64,000 nt of DNA from Synechococcus sp. (GTDB lineage Bacteria > Cyanobacteriota > Cyanobacteriia > PCC-6307 > Cyanobiaceae), in assembly GCA_047285535.1 (NCBI GenBank), contig JBJBDC010000001.1:2336136-2400135 (forward strand). Reading direction: 5' to 3'. The position numbers were made by a program, and so were the translations under genes. The notes beneath the pieces are model-generated. The model did no database searches. It was not told the DNA's origin and saw only the letters and a program-made list of their open reading frames with translations. Shown one piece after another: positions 1 through 9,376 of the stretch. Each line of letters starts with the position of its first letter. Within the stretch, counting starts at the first letter, position 1.

Positions 1-660
1 CGCATGCTGCAAGCGCAGTCGAGACAATCAGCACGACCGCAAGGGAACCTCGCACAATCCAACCTTTCACTGGGCGGAGGTTACCTGCAATTCACGTTTG
101 TTGGCGGCATGGATTGTGATTCAGTCATCAGGACGAGTGTTGATGATTTGCTGACCACAGTGTTCTGTCTGGACCGTGGGCCTCAAGCGCTGCCGTTAAG
201 TCCTGAGATGCCGTTGCGTCGACACAAGCTGCCTGCAGTTATTCATGAGAGACAAAAGCTGTTCATTCAGGCCATTTTGTTTGTTTTTAGGGTAGAGAAC
301 AGCGGCGAGTGAGATGAAACGTGGTGTCATCGGCAGGATGTCTTGGCGTTGTTGTGAATCCGAAAAGATGACAGCCAGCCAAAGTTCAGCTCAGTACAAG
401 GCAAATGTCCAGGAGGTCGGCCAAAGATGGAAGGAGCCGATCATGTGCTGCGTGCATGGTTATGGCTAGTGTCTAAGGAAGGAAGGCCAACCGCAACGGC
501 TCCTGGGCCAAGGGATTGTCTCCCCCCCCCCGCTCATCACGCTGAGGATGAAAATTGACGAGGGCGGGGAGGATGGATGGCACGTCGCTACAAATCGGGA
601 ATGGCTTCTATCCCATGAAAGAAGTTTGATCTCTGGGGCTCAAGTCTTCAGGGAAATCTG

Positions 661-801
661 ATGCTCATGTCGCGTTTCACGTATGAGAGTTTTCAAATGT
701 TGTTTGAAATCTGGATGCTGCTCGCATTGGCCTTTGGATTGAAAGCTTGCAGTAGCGTTCTTGTGCGGTTGGATGAATACTTGCCTGCGTGGATCTTTTG
801 A
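661..801 (+). CDS. Possible small hydrophobic protein (46 aa)
   Basis: Manual translation MLMSRFTYESFQMLFEIWMLLALAFGLKACSSVLVRLDEYLPAWIF*; one hydrophobic stretch; below the ORF-track cutoff; no family recognised. Confidence 0.25.
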   Translation: MLMSRFTYESFQMLFEIWMLLALAFGLKACSSVLVRLDEYLPAWIF

Positions 802-1137
802 GCGTGAATTCATTGATTTGATGGTTGTGATGAGCCGATCCTCTCTGGTTGTTGCTAAAGCATGACTAATTGTGGATTCAGCGTTTGTGAATTTGTGCCT
901 GTCTTTGTCTTTGTCTTTGGATGATTGATGTTAGTGGCTCTTGGGATTCGATCTCTTTGCGTGGGTATGCGGTGATTGAGCGGAAGTGGCTTTTGATTTC
1001 GGTCGCATTGGATACCAAATTACTTGAAAAGATTTTGCTTAATAGATTAGTTCAAATGATTTTTACTTCTTATAAAGTTTAGTGTGACCTTTTAATTGAC
1101 GGCTTGTTTGGCCATCTCTCGGTGAAATTCAAAAACT

Positions 1138-2646
1138 ATGGCTTCGATCCGTTTTGGCGAAGAGCTATCCAATCTGTTTGCGCTGATTGATGCTGACGGA
1201 GATGGGGTGATTACCACAGCCGAGGTGGAGCAGTTGCTGACCTCCATGGATGTAATCGTTGACCCTTCTGAAGCCAGTGCCTTGCGTGAACTCATCGCCA
1301 CAAAGGGGTCTTTGAATCGCGCTGACTTTTTGTTTTGGGCTAATCAGCAACCAGAGTTGGGGACCCATCAACTGCTCAGGGATCTGTTTGCGTTGATTGA
1401 TACCGATAGGAATGGCTGGCTGAGTCAGGAAGAACTTTCTGTGCTGGTTGCGCTTTTGCTTACGCCTGAGGCGCATTTGACCCCCGAGTTTTTGCTGGAG
1501 CGGCTTGATCGTGATGGGAATGGGCAGATCACAACGGATGAATTTCTGGCTTTATTTGAGGAGGAGAGCCTGTTGTCGTTATCTCTGGCTGACCTCAAGC
1601 GCCTGAAGAAAAATTTGGTACAGATCACCAGCACGTCCCGTTTGGCTGGGGTGAGCCTGGTGGAGGTGGATTGTGATCTGGGAGCCGGGATCCCGGGAGC
1701 AGGGGCTGGGATCGAATTGCTGAAGACTGCCATGCAGCGCCAGAAAGATCTGCAGCGGATGAGTGAATCTCTGATTGCTGAGATTCATGCTCAGCAGAGT
1801 CCTATTGCTCGAGCGACCGCCGCTGGCAGTCACAGTCAGACCCCGCATGCTCGCCACATCGAAACCATTGCTGGAGTGATGCGCAAGGCTTCCCAACTTG
1901 TGGCCAGCACCCTCGAGCAGGGACGTTTCCCTCTAGTGCTGGCAGGTGACCACTCCACGGCTGCTTCCACGATCGCTGGCATCCGTCGTGCTTATCCGCA
2001 GCAGCGACTGGGGGTGGTTTGGATCGATGCCCATGCTGATCTCCATTCACCCTTCACGACACCGTCGGGCAACATGCACGGCATGCCTTTGGCAATAGCC
2101 ACTGGGCTCGACAACTTGCCCGAGTCGATCAATGTCCCCGACGCTCGCACCCAAGAGCTTTGGAGGGAATTAAAGCAGTTGCACGGATCAGAATCGGCCG
2201 CGATCGCATTGCGGGATTTGATTTATGTCGCTGTACGCGACACCGAGGCCGCTGAGGATGCAGCGATCATTGCGCATTCAATTCCTGTAATCAGCACCGA
2301 GCAGCTGCGACAAGAAGGGGCCTTGCAGGTTGCCAATCGCTGCCTAGCCCACCTTGCGGAGGTGGATCTTATTTATGTGAGCTTCGATGTGGATGCCCTT
2401 GATTCAACGATCTGTAAGGGAACAGGAACTCCGGTGCCTGGGGGGCTCTGGGCCCATGAAGCTGCTTCACTCTTGCGCACTCTGCTGTCCGACCCACGGA
2501 TTTGTTGTTGGGAAATCTGCGAAATTAATCCTCATCTTGATGAGCTGAACACCCTGGCGGAGGTTTCGCTGGGGATCTTCCGGGCCGGACTGGAGGTGCT
2601 CTCGGAGCGGTTCACTCCCATCACCGTTGCCTCCTATGCCGATTGA
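1138..2646 (+). CDS. Arginase (ureohydrolase family) with N-terminal calmodulin-like EF-hand domain
   Basis: EF loops DADGDGVITTAE, DTDRNGWLSQEE, DRDGNGQITTDE; ureohydrolase Mn-binding motifs AGDHS, WIDAHAD, SFDVD, EINP; arginase-type PSGNMHGMP. Confidence 0.9.
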   Translation: MASIRFGEELSNLFALIDADGDGVITTAEVEQLLTSMDVIVDPSEASALRELIATKGSLNRADFLFWANQQPELGTHQLLRDLFALIDTDRNGWLSQEELSVLVALLLTPEAHLTPEFLLERLDRDGNGQITTDEFLALFEEESLLSLSLADLKRLKKNLVQITSTSRLAGVSLVEVDCDLGAGIPGAGAGIELLKTAMQRQKDLQRMSESLIAEIHAQQSPIARATAAGSHSQTPHARHIETIAGVMRKASQLVASTLEQGRFPLVLAGDHSTAASTIAGIRRAYPQQRLGVVWIDAHADLHSPFTTPSGNMHGMPLAIATGLDNLPESINVPDARTQELWRELKQLHGSESAAIALRDLIYVAVRDTEAAEDAAIIAHSIPVISTEQLRQEGALQVANRCLAHLAEVDLIYVSFDVDALDSTICKGTGTPVPGGLWAHEAASLLRTLLSDPRICCWEICEINPHLDELNTLAEVSLGIFRAGLEVLSERFTPITVASYAD

Positions 2647-4240
2647 TGACCATTCCCTGTTTGAGCTTTTACAGGTCTTGTTGCCGCCACCTCCCCCGGT
2701 TCGCAGAGCTGTAAGGGGTGGGGTTTTTAGCAACCGCTTTTCGTTGAGCCCTTGGCTCAGCTGGTTGCGTAGCTTTTCGCAGGTGATCTTCATCAACAAT
2801 CCGCTGAGTGGAGCCCTGCTGCTACTGGCTTTTCTGCTGGGTTCCCCCTGGATGGCTCTTTTGGCTGTGGTTGGCATGGCTGCGGCCAATCTCACCTCAA
2901 GCCTGCTTGGTTTAGCAAGGAATCTGCGTGACCAGGGCATTCATGGTTTCAACGGTGTTCTGGTGGGTTGTGCTGGGGCATCTCTCGTGAATCTCGGAGC
3001 CGTTCAAAGTGTTGGTCTTTTGGTGATCTTGGTGGGAGTCGGGGGCGGTTTCACCACGGTGCTTGTCGAAGTCTGGAGCCGCTTCTTTCATCGCCGCGGA
3101 GATCCACCGGTGCTCACGTTGCCGTTCTGTTTGGTCACCTGGTGCCTTTTGATTCTTGTCCTTCCTTCATCTTCAGATCCGATTGAGTCCCTGCAGTTCT
3201 CTGCAGCAGGAGGTTTGCTGCAGGCGTTGCTGCTCGGCCTGCCTCAAAGCTTTGGTCAAGTGTTTCTCTGCTCAGGCTTGGCGAGCGGATTCCTGGTGCT
3301 CCTGGCTGTCGCCTTGGCCAGTCCTATGGCTGCGGCTCTCGGCGCGGCTGGGGCGATGGTGGGGATGATGACCGCTCTGATTCTTTCCCAAGGCGCTGAT
3401 CATGCGGCCGTGGCTCAGGGGCTCTGGGGCTACAACGGTCTTCTGGTGGCGATCGCTCTTGGCGGGATCTTCCATGCTCCCGGAGTGAAAAGCCTGCTGA
3501 TGGGTCTGGCTGGGGCATGTCTTGCCACTCTGCTTCAATCCCTTCAGGTCTCGCTGATGAGCAGCCTGCCTCCTTTGACCTTCAGCTTCGTGCTGACGAC
3601 CTGGCTGCTGCAGCGCTTTGCCAGCCAGACGTTGCCGGCTCTGATTCCGGTCTCCTTGCATGCGGTGGTTACGCCTGAGGAACATCGCAAGCGGTTTGTT
3701 GTCGCCAGGGAGCTGCTTGGCAGTTTCCGTCGCAACCTGCGGCAGCGGATTAATGGAACAGTGCAAACCCCTGGCCTGGCTCCGTTGGCGCCGGCGCTGC
3801 AGACTCAGGCGCAACGTTTGTTCCAGTTGATCGACCGCGATTGCGATGGCAGCCTCAGCTTGGACGAGTTGCGTGAGGCGTTGCTGCCGTCTCGATCCAG
3901 GGATGAGGCCTCAGAGCAAAGCCTGTCCTTTCTGGATTCTCAGCTGACAGCAACGATGGCTGCGATGGATCTCGATGGAGATGGACGGATCGACTTCGCT
4001 GAATTCAGCCAGCTGATCCAGCGATTGCAGCGGCTCCGTGAGGGGGAGGAACGGCTCCTTCTGTACCTCTTGCCCGTCGATGTCAATGGTGACGATCGCC
4101 TCGATCGGGATGAATTGGCCCGATTGCTGCAAAGCCTTGGTCAAACGCCGCTCACGGCGACCGAACAGTCACTGGTTTTCGCTGATCAGGAGTTGGGTCT
4201 GCGCTGGCGCGATTTTGTGGATCGCCTGCTGTTGATTTGA
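2636..4240 (+). CDS. UT-family urea transporter/channel with C-terminal EF-hand domain
   Basis: Duplicated UT signatures SFSQVIFINNPLSG/SFGQVFL, GIHGFNG/GLWGYNG, PVLTLPF/PPLTFSF; about 10 hydrophobic segments; EF loops DRDCDGSLSLDE, DLDGDGRIDFAE, DVNGDDRLDRDE; ATG 2636 overlaps the arginase 3' end. Confidence 0.9.
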   Translation: MPIDDHSLFELLQVLLPPPPPVRRAVRGGVFSNRFSLSPWLSWLRSFSQVIFINNPLSGALLLLAFLLGSPWMALLAVVGMAAANLTSSLLGLARNLRDQGIHGFNGVLVGCAGASLVNLGAVQSVGLLVILVGVGGGFTTVLVEVWSRFFHRRGDPPVLTLPFCLVTWCLLILVLPSSSDPIESLQFSAAGGLLQALLLGLPQSFGQVFLCSGLASGFLVLLAVALASPMAAALGAAGAMVGMMTALILSQGADHAAVAQGLWGYNGLLVAIALGGIFHAPGVKSLLMGLAGACLATLLQSLQVSLMSSLPPLTFSFVLTTWLLQRFASQTLPALIPVSLHAVVTPEEHRKRFVVARELLGSFRRNLRQRINGTVQTPGLAPLAPALQTQAQRLFQLIDRDCDGSLSLDELREALLPSRSRDEASEQSLSFLDSQLTATMAAMDLDGDGRIDFAEFSQLIQRLQRLREGEERLLLYLLPVDVNGDDRLDRDELARLLQSLGQTPLTATEQSLVFADQELGLRWRDFVDRLLLI

Positions 4241-5577
4241 GCTTGCAAAGCACGATCGCTCTCCGCCTTAGAGAGTTCAAGGTCACAGCCAACCGGTTGG
4301 ATCAAGTGCTCGAGTGCGTCGGCGGTTTGAGACAGGCCCTTCTCTTCTTGGATGAGTTTCTGCAACTGGAGAGCACGCTGTTTGAAGCTTGGGGTAACGG
4401 CGAGGCTCTGCAAGCTTTTTCTGAGCCCATCGGTGGTCACTGTTTTTGCTGTGTAAGTGGCTGGACTGACTCCCAAGCGCTCAAGGGTGCGTCCCCAGGC
4501 CGGCTGATCAGCGAAGAAGGCCACCACGATGCTGGGAATGCCACTGATCAGTGTGCTGGCTGTTGTGCCTGCACCGCCGTGGTGGATGGCACCTTGCAGT
4601 TGAGGGAAGAGCCACTGATGGGGACAGTGTTCGAGTACGAACACTGACTCAGGCAATCGACCTTTTGGCAGCAGATGCCCCCATCCCGGCGAGAGGATCA
4701 GTCGTTGATTGGCTTGGCATGCCGCGGTGACGATGATCTCGGCAAGCTGTTCTGGATCTCTGGGGATCATGCTTCCAAAGCCGGCATAAAACGGGGCTGG
4801 CCCTTCCTGCAGAAAATGCTTGAGGTCCTCAGGGGGCTCGTAAGGGTGATCGGCCTCCTTTGTGGAAAGGCAGAACCCTGTCACTTTTGCTTGAGAAGGC
4901 CAGTCCGCCGGCTTTGGGATTAAGTGTTTGCTGAAGAGATGCAGCACCGTTGGGGATTGCAGAAACGGAGGGGTGTCTTGTCTGGCTGATGCTCCGTTCC
5001 AGGGCAGTTGGGGTAGTCCTTGCTGACGTCGAAACGCTTGAATCACGTTGCTTTCTTGTCGCCATTTGAGAAGGCGAATCGCTTCATAACTGAGTTGGTT
5101 GAGTTTTCCTCGGATGCGGTTGCGAGGTCCGCTCCCATTGGAAGACCCATCTCCTGGCCAGCTCAGGAAGGAGAAGTTTGTTGTGCTGAGCAACGGAATC
5201 GGGCTGACCACCGCGAACCTGCAGCCCTCAGCTTCAGCAAGGTGATATCCCCATAGAGCCAACGGCGGAGTGAGTAGCAGGTCGCAGCCATCGATTGCTT
5301 TGCGGGCAGTTTCGATCCATTCATGAAGCAAGTTGTTATTGATTAAACGAATGGCTTTGCCCTCCATTAACTGGACGCCGTCTTCTGAAGCCATGAGCTC
5401 TCTGAAGTCTCCCGCAAGAGAGGTGAAACGCACCCCCTCGTCTTGCACAGCCTCTTGAAAATTGGCGCTGCCAATGAGATGCACATCATGACCGCGCTTC
5501 TTGAGTTCCTTAAGAAGAACCAAATAGGGCTCGAGATCACCGCGTGAGCCGACGCTGATTAGATGGATGGATGCCAT
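4186..5577 (-). CDS. GT-B glycosyltransferase, sterol-glucosyltransferase-like (GT1/GT28_N)
   Basis: SVGSRGDLEPY N-terminal motif, HHGGAGTT, FFADQPAWG; start set at MASIHL. Confidence 0.85.
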   Translation of the reverse strand: MASIHLISVGSRGDLEPYLVLLKELKKRGHDVHLIGSANFQEAVQDEGVRFTSLAGDFRELMASEDGVQLMEGKAIRLINNNLLHEWIETARKAIDGCDLLLTPPLALWGYHLAEAEGCRFAVVSPIPLLSTTNFSFLSWPGDGSSNGSGPRNRIRGKLNQLSYEAIRLLKWRQESNVIQAFRRQQGLPQLPWNGASARQDTPPFLQSPTVLHLFSKHLIPKPADWPSQAKVTGFCLSTKEADHPYEPPEDLKHFLQEGPAPFYAGFGSMIPRDPEQLAEIIVTAACQANQRLILSPGWGHLLPKGRLPESVFVLEHCPHQWLFPQLQGAIHHGGAGTTASTLISGIPSIVVAFFADQPAWGRTLERLGVSPATYTAKTVTTDGLRKSLQSLAVTPSFKQRALQLQKLIQEEKGLSQTADALEHLIQPVGCDLELSKAESDRALQAQINSRRSTKSRQRRPNS

Positions 5578-5662
5578 AGACGGCGGCTTTTTAATAACAA
5601 CTATTTTCTGCAGATCGCTTGCAGCGCGTGCGCTCTCTCGCTTAGAAATCGATGAGAAAGCA

Positions 5663-6868
5663 ATGTGTTGGTTCCTGCCCCCTCCGATCCGATTTGTGGC
5701 CTGCAATCTGGTTAAGGATCTTCTCGATTGGTGGGAGATTCATGGTCGTAGGGATCCAGCGCAAAAGCCTTGGATGTTTACTCCTGAAGGGAAATGGCCT
5801 CAGCGCTGCGAGCACTTGAATCCCTATCCGATTCACGTGGCCGAGGTGATGCTGCAGCAAACACAGCTGCAGGTGGTGCTGCCGTATTGGCAGCGCTGGA
5901 TGGAGTTCTTCCCAGCTCTTGAGGCGTTAGCTGAGGCGGAGGCGCAGACAGTGTTGCTGTGTTGGCAGGGTCTCGGCTACTACTCCCGGGCTCGCCGTTT
6001 GCATGACTCGGCCCGGCAGCTGCTGAAGCGAATAGGCTCCAATGCCTCTCATGATCCACAGTGTTGGTCAAGGGATCTGGAGGCGTGGCTGGAATTGCCG
6101 GGGATCGGCCGCAGTACGGCTGGCGGCATTCTTTCCTCTTCTTTTAATAGCCCAGTGGCGATCCTGGATGGCAACGTGCGCCGGGTGTTGGCGCGGTTGC
6201 AGGCTCATTCGCTTCCGCCGATGCGGGCGCAATCTCTGTTCTGGAGATGGAGCCAAGCTTTAATCGATGCTGCTCCATCGCGGGCCAGAGATCTCAATCA
6301 GGCTCTGATGGATCTTGGTGCCACGGTTTGTACCCCCCGTTCACCACAATGCTGCTCCTGTCCCTGGCAGGATCATTGCGCTGCGTACGCTGCTGGCGAT
6401 GTGGAGCGCTTCCCCGTGAAAGAGACCCCGAAAGCTGTGCCCTTTCAGGTGATAGGTGTGGGTGTGGTGCTGAATGATGCCGGTGAGGTGTTGATTGATC
6501 AACGCCTGAATGAGGGGCTGCTTGGTGGATTGTGGGAGTTCCCCGGCGGTAAGCAGGAGCCTGGCGAGGCCATCGTTGCCACGATCTCGCGCGAATTGCA
6601 GGAAGAGTTGGGCATTGAGGTGGCTGTGGGAGAGGAGTTGATCAGCCTCGAGCACGCTTACAGCCATAAAAAGCTGCGATTTGTTGTGCATCTCTGCGAG
6701 TGGCGTTCTGGAAACCCACAGCCTCTGGCGAGCCAGCAGGTGCTCTGGGTAAGCCCGAATGAACTGCGGAATTACCCTTTTCCCGCAGCCAATGCACGGA
6801 TCATCGAGGCCTTGGTTGGCAGGTTGGATCCTTCTGGTCAGCCTGAAGCAAGTTGCAATGAGGACTGA
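5663..6868 (+). CDS. mutY: A/G-specific adenine glycosylase MutY with C-terminal Nudix (MutT-like) domain
   Basis: EVMLQQTQ, WQGLGYYSRARRL, HhH LPGIGRSTA, DGNVRRV, Fe-S motif CTPRSPQCCSCPWQDHC, Nudix box GGKQEPGE..RELQEELG; start uncertain. Confidence 0.9.
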   Translation: MCWFLPPPIRFVACNLVKDLLDWWEIHGRRDPAQKPWMFTPEGKWPQRCEHLNPYPIHVAEVMLQQTQLQVVLPYWQRWMEFFPALEALAEAEAQTVLLCWQGLGYYSRARRLHDSARQLLKRIGSNASHDPQCWSRDLEAWLELPGIGRSTAGGILSSSFNSPVAILDGNVRRVLARLQAHSLPPMRAQSLFWRWSQALIDAAPSRARDLNQALMDLGATVCTPRSPQCCSCPWQDHCAAYAAGDVERFPVKETPKAVPFQVIGVGVVLNDAGEVLIDQRLNEGLLGGLWEFPGGKQEPGEAIVATISRELQEELGIEVAVGEELISLEHAYSHKKLRFVVHLCEWRSGNPQPLASQQVLWVSPNELRNYPFPAANARIIEALVGRLDPSGQPEASCNED

Positions 6869-7830
6869 TGACCGAAAGCTCCTCTTCCCCCCAGGTGCTC
6901 TGTCTCGGTGAAGCTTTGGTCGATCGGCTTGGCCCTGCTGGAGGGAATCCGGCAAAGGATCAGCCGGTGGATGATCGTTTGGGGGGGGCTCCGGCAAACG
7001 TGGCCTGCGCCCTTGCCCGGTTAGGGACTTCAGTGGCCTTTCTCGGTCGGTTAGGTGAGGACTCGATCGGTGCAGCCTTCAGCGCGCTGTTCGCCGAACG
7101 CGGCGTCGATCAGAGGTTGGTGCAACAGGATCGTCAGCGCCCTAGCCGGACTGTGTTGGTGCGGCGATCCATTTCGGGGGAACGGCAATTCCAGGGCTTT
7201 GCGGGTGATCAGGGTCTGGGATTTGCTGATCAAGCGTTAGAACCGATAGCACTGCCCAAACCCGCTGGTTGGCTGTTGGTTGGCACCATTCCGTTAGCTA
7301 CGGCGGCGTCTGCTGCGTCCCTTGAGAAAGCGGTGGCAGATGCCCGTTCGCACGGCATCGCTTTGGCCTTGGATGTGAACTGGCGCCCAACGTTCTGGGA
7401 TCCCCTGGCTGATCCAGCGGCAGGGCCTACCACTGAAGCTGCCACGGTCATCAGGCCACTGTTGGAGCAGGCCGCCCTGATCAAGTTGGCCAGAGAAGAG
7501 GCGTTGTGGTTTTTCGGAAGTGATGATCCTGCCGCGATTGCTGCAGGTTTGGCACAGCATCCTGATGTGGTGGTGACCGATGGAGCAAACCCCGTCCGTT
7601 GGTTCATTGCGCAGGAATCCGGGAGCATGCCTGTGTTTCAACCCAATGAGGTGATCGACACCACAGGAGCAGGTGATGCCTTCACCGCTGGTTTGTTGCA
7701 CCGATGGGACCATCCTGTAATCGAGCGGTTGCGCTTCGCGTCAGCCTGTGGAGCCCTGGTGTGTGGTGGTGCTGGAGCTATTGATCCACAGCCGCGGGAG
7801 CGAGACGTTCTCGCTTACCTGAGCCGATGA
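6868..7830 (+). CDS. PfkB-family carbohydrate kinase (fructokinase-like)
   Basis: GEALVD, GGAPANVA, DVNWR, DTTGAGDAF. Confidence 0.9.
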   Translation: MTESSSSPQVLCLGEALVDRLGPAGGNPAKDQPVDDRLGGAPANVACALARLGTSVAFLGRLGEDSIGAAFSALFAERGVDQRLVQQDRQRPSRTVLVRRSISGERQFQGFAGDQGLGFADQALEPIALPKPAGWLLVGTIPLATAASAASLEKAVADARSHGIALALDVNWRPTFWDPLADPAAGPTTEAATVIRPLLEQAALIKLAREEALWFFGSDDPAAIAAGLAQHPDVVVTDGANPVRWFIAQESGSMPVFQPNEVIDTTGAGDAFTAGLLHRWDHPVIERLRFASACGALVCGGAGAIDPQPRERDVLAYLSR

Positions 7831-8369
7831 CCGTACGCGCCGTGCTCCGCCTTGGGGATTCCAGGCTGCGTGAGATGGCTCAGCCGGTGCAGGATCTTGG
7901 AACCCCGCAGTTGCTGGAGTTGTGCTCCGATCTAAAGGAAACGATGGAGGCTCTTTCTGGTGCGGGGCTAGCTGCACCGCAAATCGGTGTGCCCTCTCGT
8001 GTGGTGATTTTTGGCGGGGGAGGCCCTAATCCCCGCTATCCGGGTGCTTTGCCGGTGCCGCTTACGGTGCTGATCAATCCGGACCTAACGCCCATCGGTG
8101 AGGGGCGTTCCCTGGGTTGGGAAGGCTGCCTCAGTGTCCCTGGCTTGCGCGGCCAGGTGGAGCGCAGCAACCGGGTGCGCTATTGCGGCTGGACGCCCGA
8201 GGGGGAATGGCTTGAGCGCAGCGTGGAGGGTTTCCATGCCCGCGTGGTGCAGCACGAGTGTGATCACCTCGATGGAGTGCTTTTCCCAGATCGACTGCAC
8301 ACACCTCAAGCCTTTGGATTCATCCCCGAACTCGAGCATTCAGGGCTGATTCCAAGGGTGCCTTCTTAA
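7827..8369 (+). CDS. def: Peptide deformylase
   Basis: GAGLAAPQIG, EGCLSVPG, QHECDHLDG motifs intact. Confidence 0.93.
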   Translation: MTVRAVLRLGDSRLREMAQPVQDLGTPQLLELCSDLKETMEALSGAGLAAPQIGVPSRVVIFGGGGPNPRYPGALPVPLTVLINPDLTPIGEGRSLGWEGCLSVPGLRGQVERSNRVRYCGWTPEGEWLERSVEGFHARVVQHECDHLDGVLFPDRLHTPQAFGFIPELEHSGLIPRVPS

Positions 8370-8428
8370 TCGAGGGGGCTTGCAATAGCAAGAGCAGCGA
8401 GGCGATTCAGGTCTTGTGAGCTTGTTGA

Positions 8429-9376
8429 TCACAGCTCGTGGATCTCAATTGAATGAGCTGCCATAAAGCGGAGAGCTTCATCCTTGTTGAACACGCTCTC
8501 GGTGGCTGAGGTGCTGCGCACGCAGCTAGCCCCCATAGCACTGCCCCAGCGCACACAGCCCTTCAGATCCTGTCCGTTGAGATGGCCCGCGATGAAGCCG
8601 GCATCAAAGGCGTCGCCGGCACCTGTCCCTCCCCGGAAGTTGGTTGGATAGGCATCGCTACGAAGTCGCAGTCCATCTGTGATCAGATGGGTCCCTTGCT
8701 CGCCATCCGTAATCACCACAGTCCGGGCTCCGGCGTCGCGGAAGGCCTGGGCCTGCTCCAAGGGAAGGCTGCGTCCGGTAAGGAGTGTTGCTTCATCTCT
8801 ATTCGGCAGCACGATGTCGGTGTATGGCAAGATTCGCTTCACGCGTTCCATGGCGGCCGGATCGGTGACCTCGATCACATCCAGCACCACCAGGGCGCCG
8901 TTGGAGCGGGCCTGATCAAGGCGCTTCAGGGTCAGCTCGCTTTCGAGGGCGTCCAGCATCAGATAGCCACCGATGTAAACCACTGCTGCGGATTCGATTA
9001 GTCCCTCAGGAATCATCGCGCCGCTCAGCAGTCGGTTGGCTCCCACCGCTGAGATCAAGCGGCGGTCATCACCATCCACATTGATCACGCTTGATGTTGC
9101 GGTCGAGGCTTGTGGGCAGCGGATCACCCCAGTGGTCTGAACTCCAGCCTCCTCCAAGGTTTGGAGAAGAAAGTCACCAAATGGATCGTCTCCGATGCAT
9201 CCCCCTAAACACACATCCACCCCCAACTTGACTAAGTCGTAGGCGGTGTTGGCTGCACACCCTCCTAAGCAGAGTTCCATGTGAGAGGTCTCTACGATTT
9301 GGCCGGGGTTTGGCAGAGCAGGAACTGGGTCGCAGACCAGATCAGCGCAGAGAAGACCAAGACATAAACAATCCAA
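8429..9376 (-). CDS. PfkB-family sugar kinase
   Basis: GGCAANTA, PNRDEA, GTGAGDAFDAG; TTG start directly follows the upstream stop codon. Confidence 0.88.
   Translation of the reverse strand: MDCLCLGLLCADLVCDPVPALPNPGQIVETSHMELCLGGCAANTAYDLVKLGVDVCLGGCIGDDPFGDFLLQTLEEAGVQTTGVIRCPQASTATSSVINVDGDDRRLISAVGANRLLSGAMIPEGLIESAAVVYIGGYLMLDALESELTLKRLDQARSNGALVVLDVIEVTDPAAMERVKRILPYTDIVLPNRDEATLLTGRSLPLEQAQAFRDAGARTVVITDGEQGTHLITDGLRLRSDAYPTNFRGGTGAGDAFDAGFIAGHLNGQDLKGCVRWGSAMGASCVRSTSATESVFNKDEALRFMAAHSIEIHEL

Noticed and set aside
4..312. 102-aa ORF at the window start
   Set aside because: No recognisable motif or coding signal.
901..918. (GTCTTT)3 microsatellite
   Set aside because: Too short and intergenic; could be chance.
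960..1137. NtcA box upstream of the arginase, also sought in 10730-10905
   Set aside because: No GTA-N8-TAC match seen by eye, so nitrogen control cannot be claimed.
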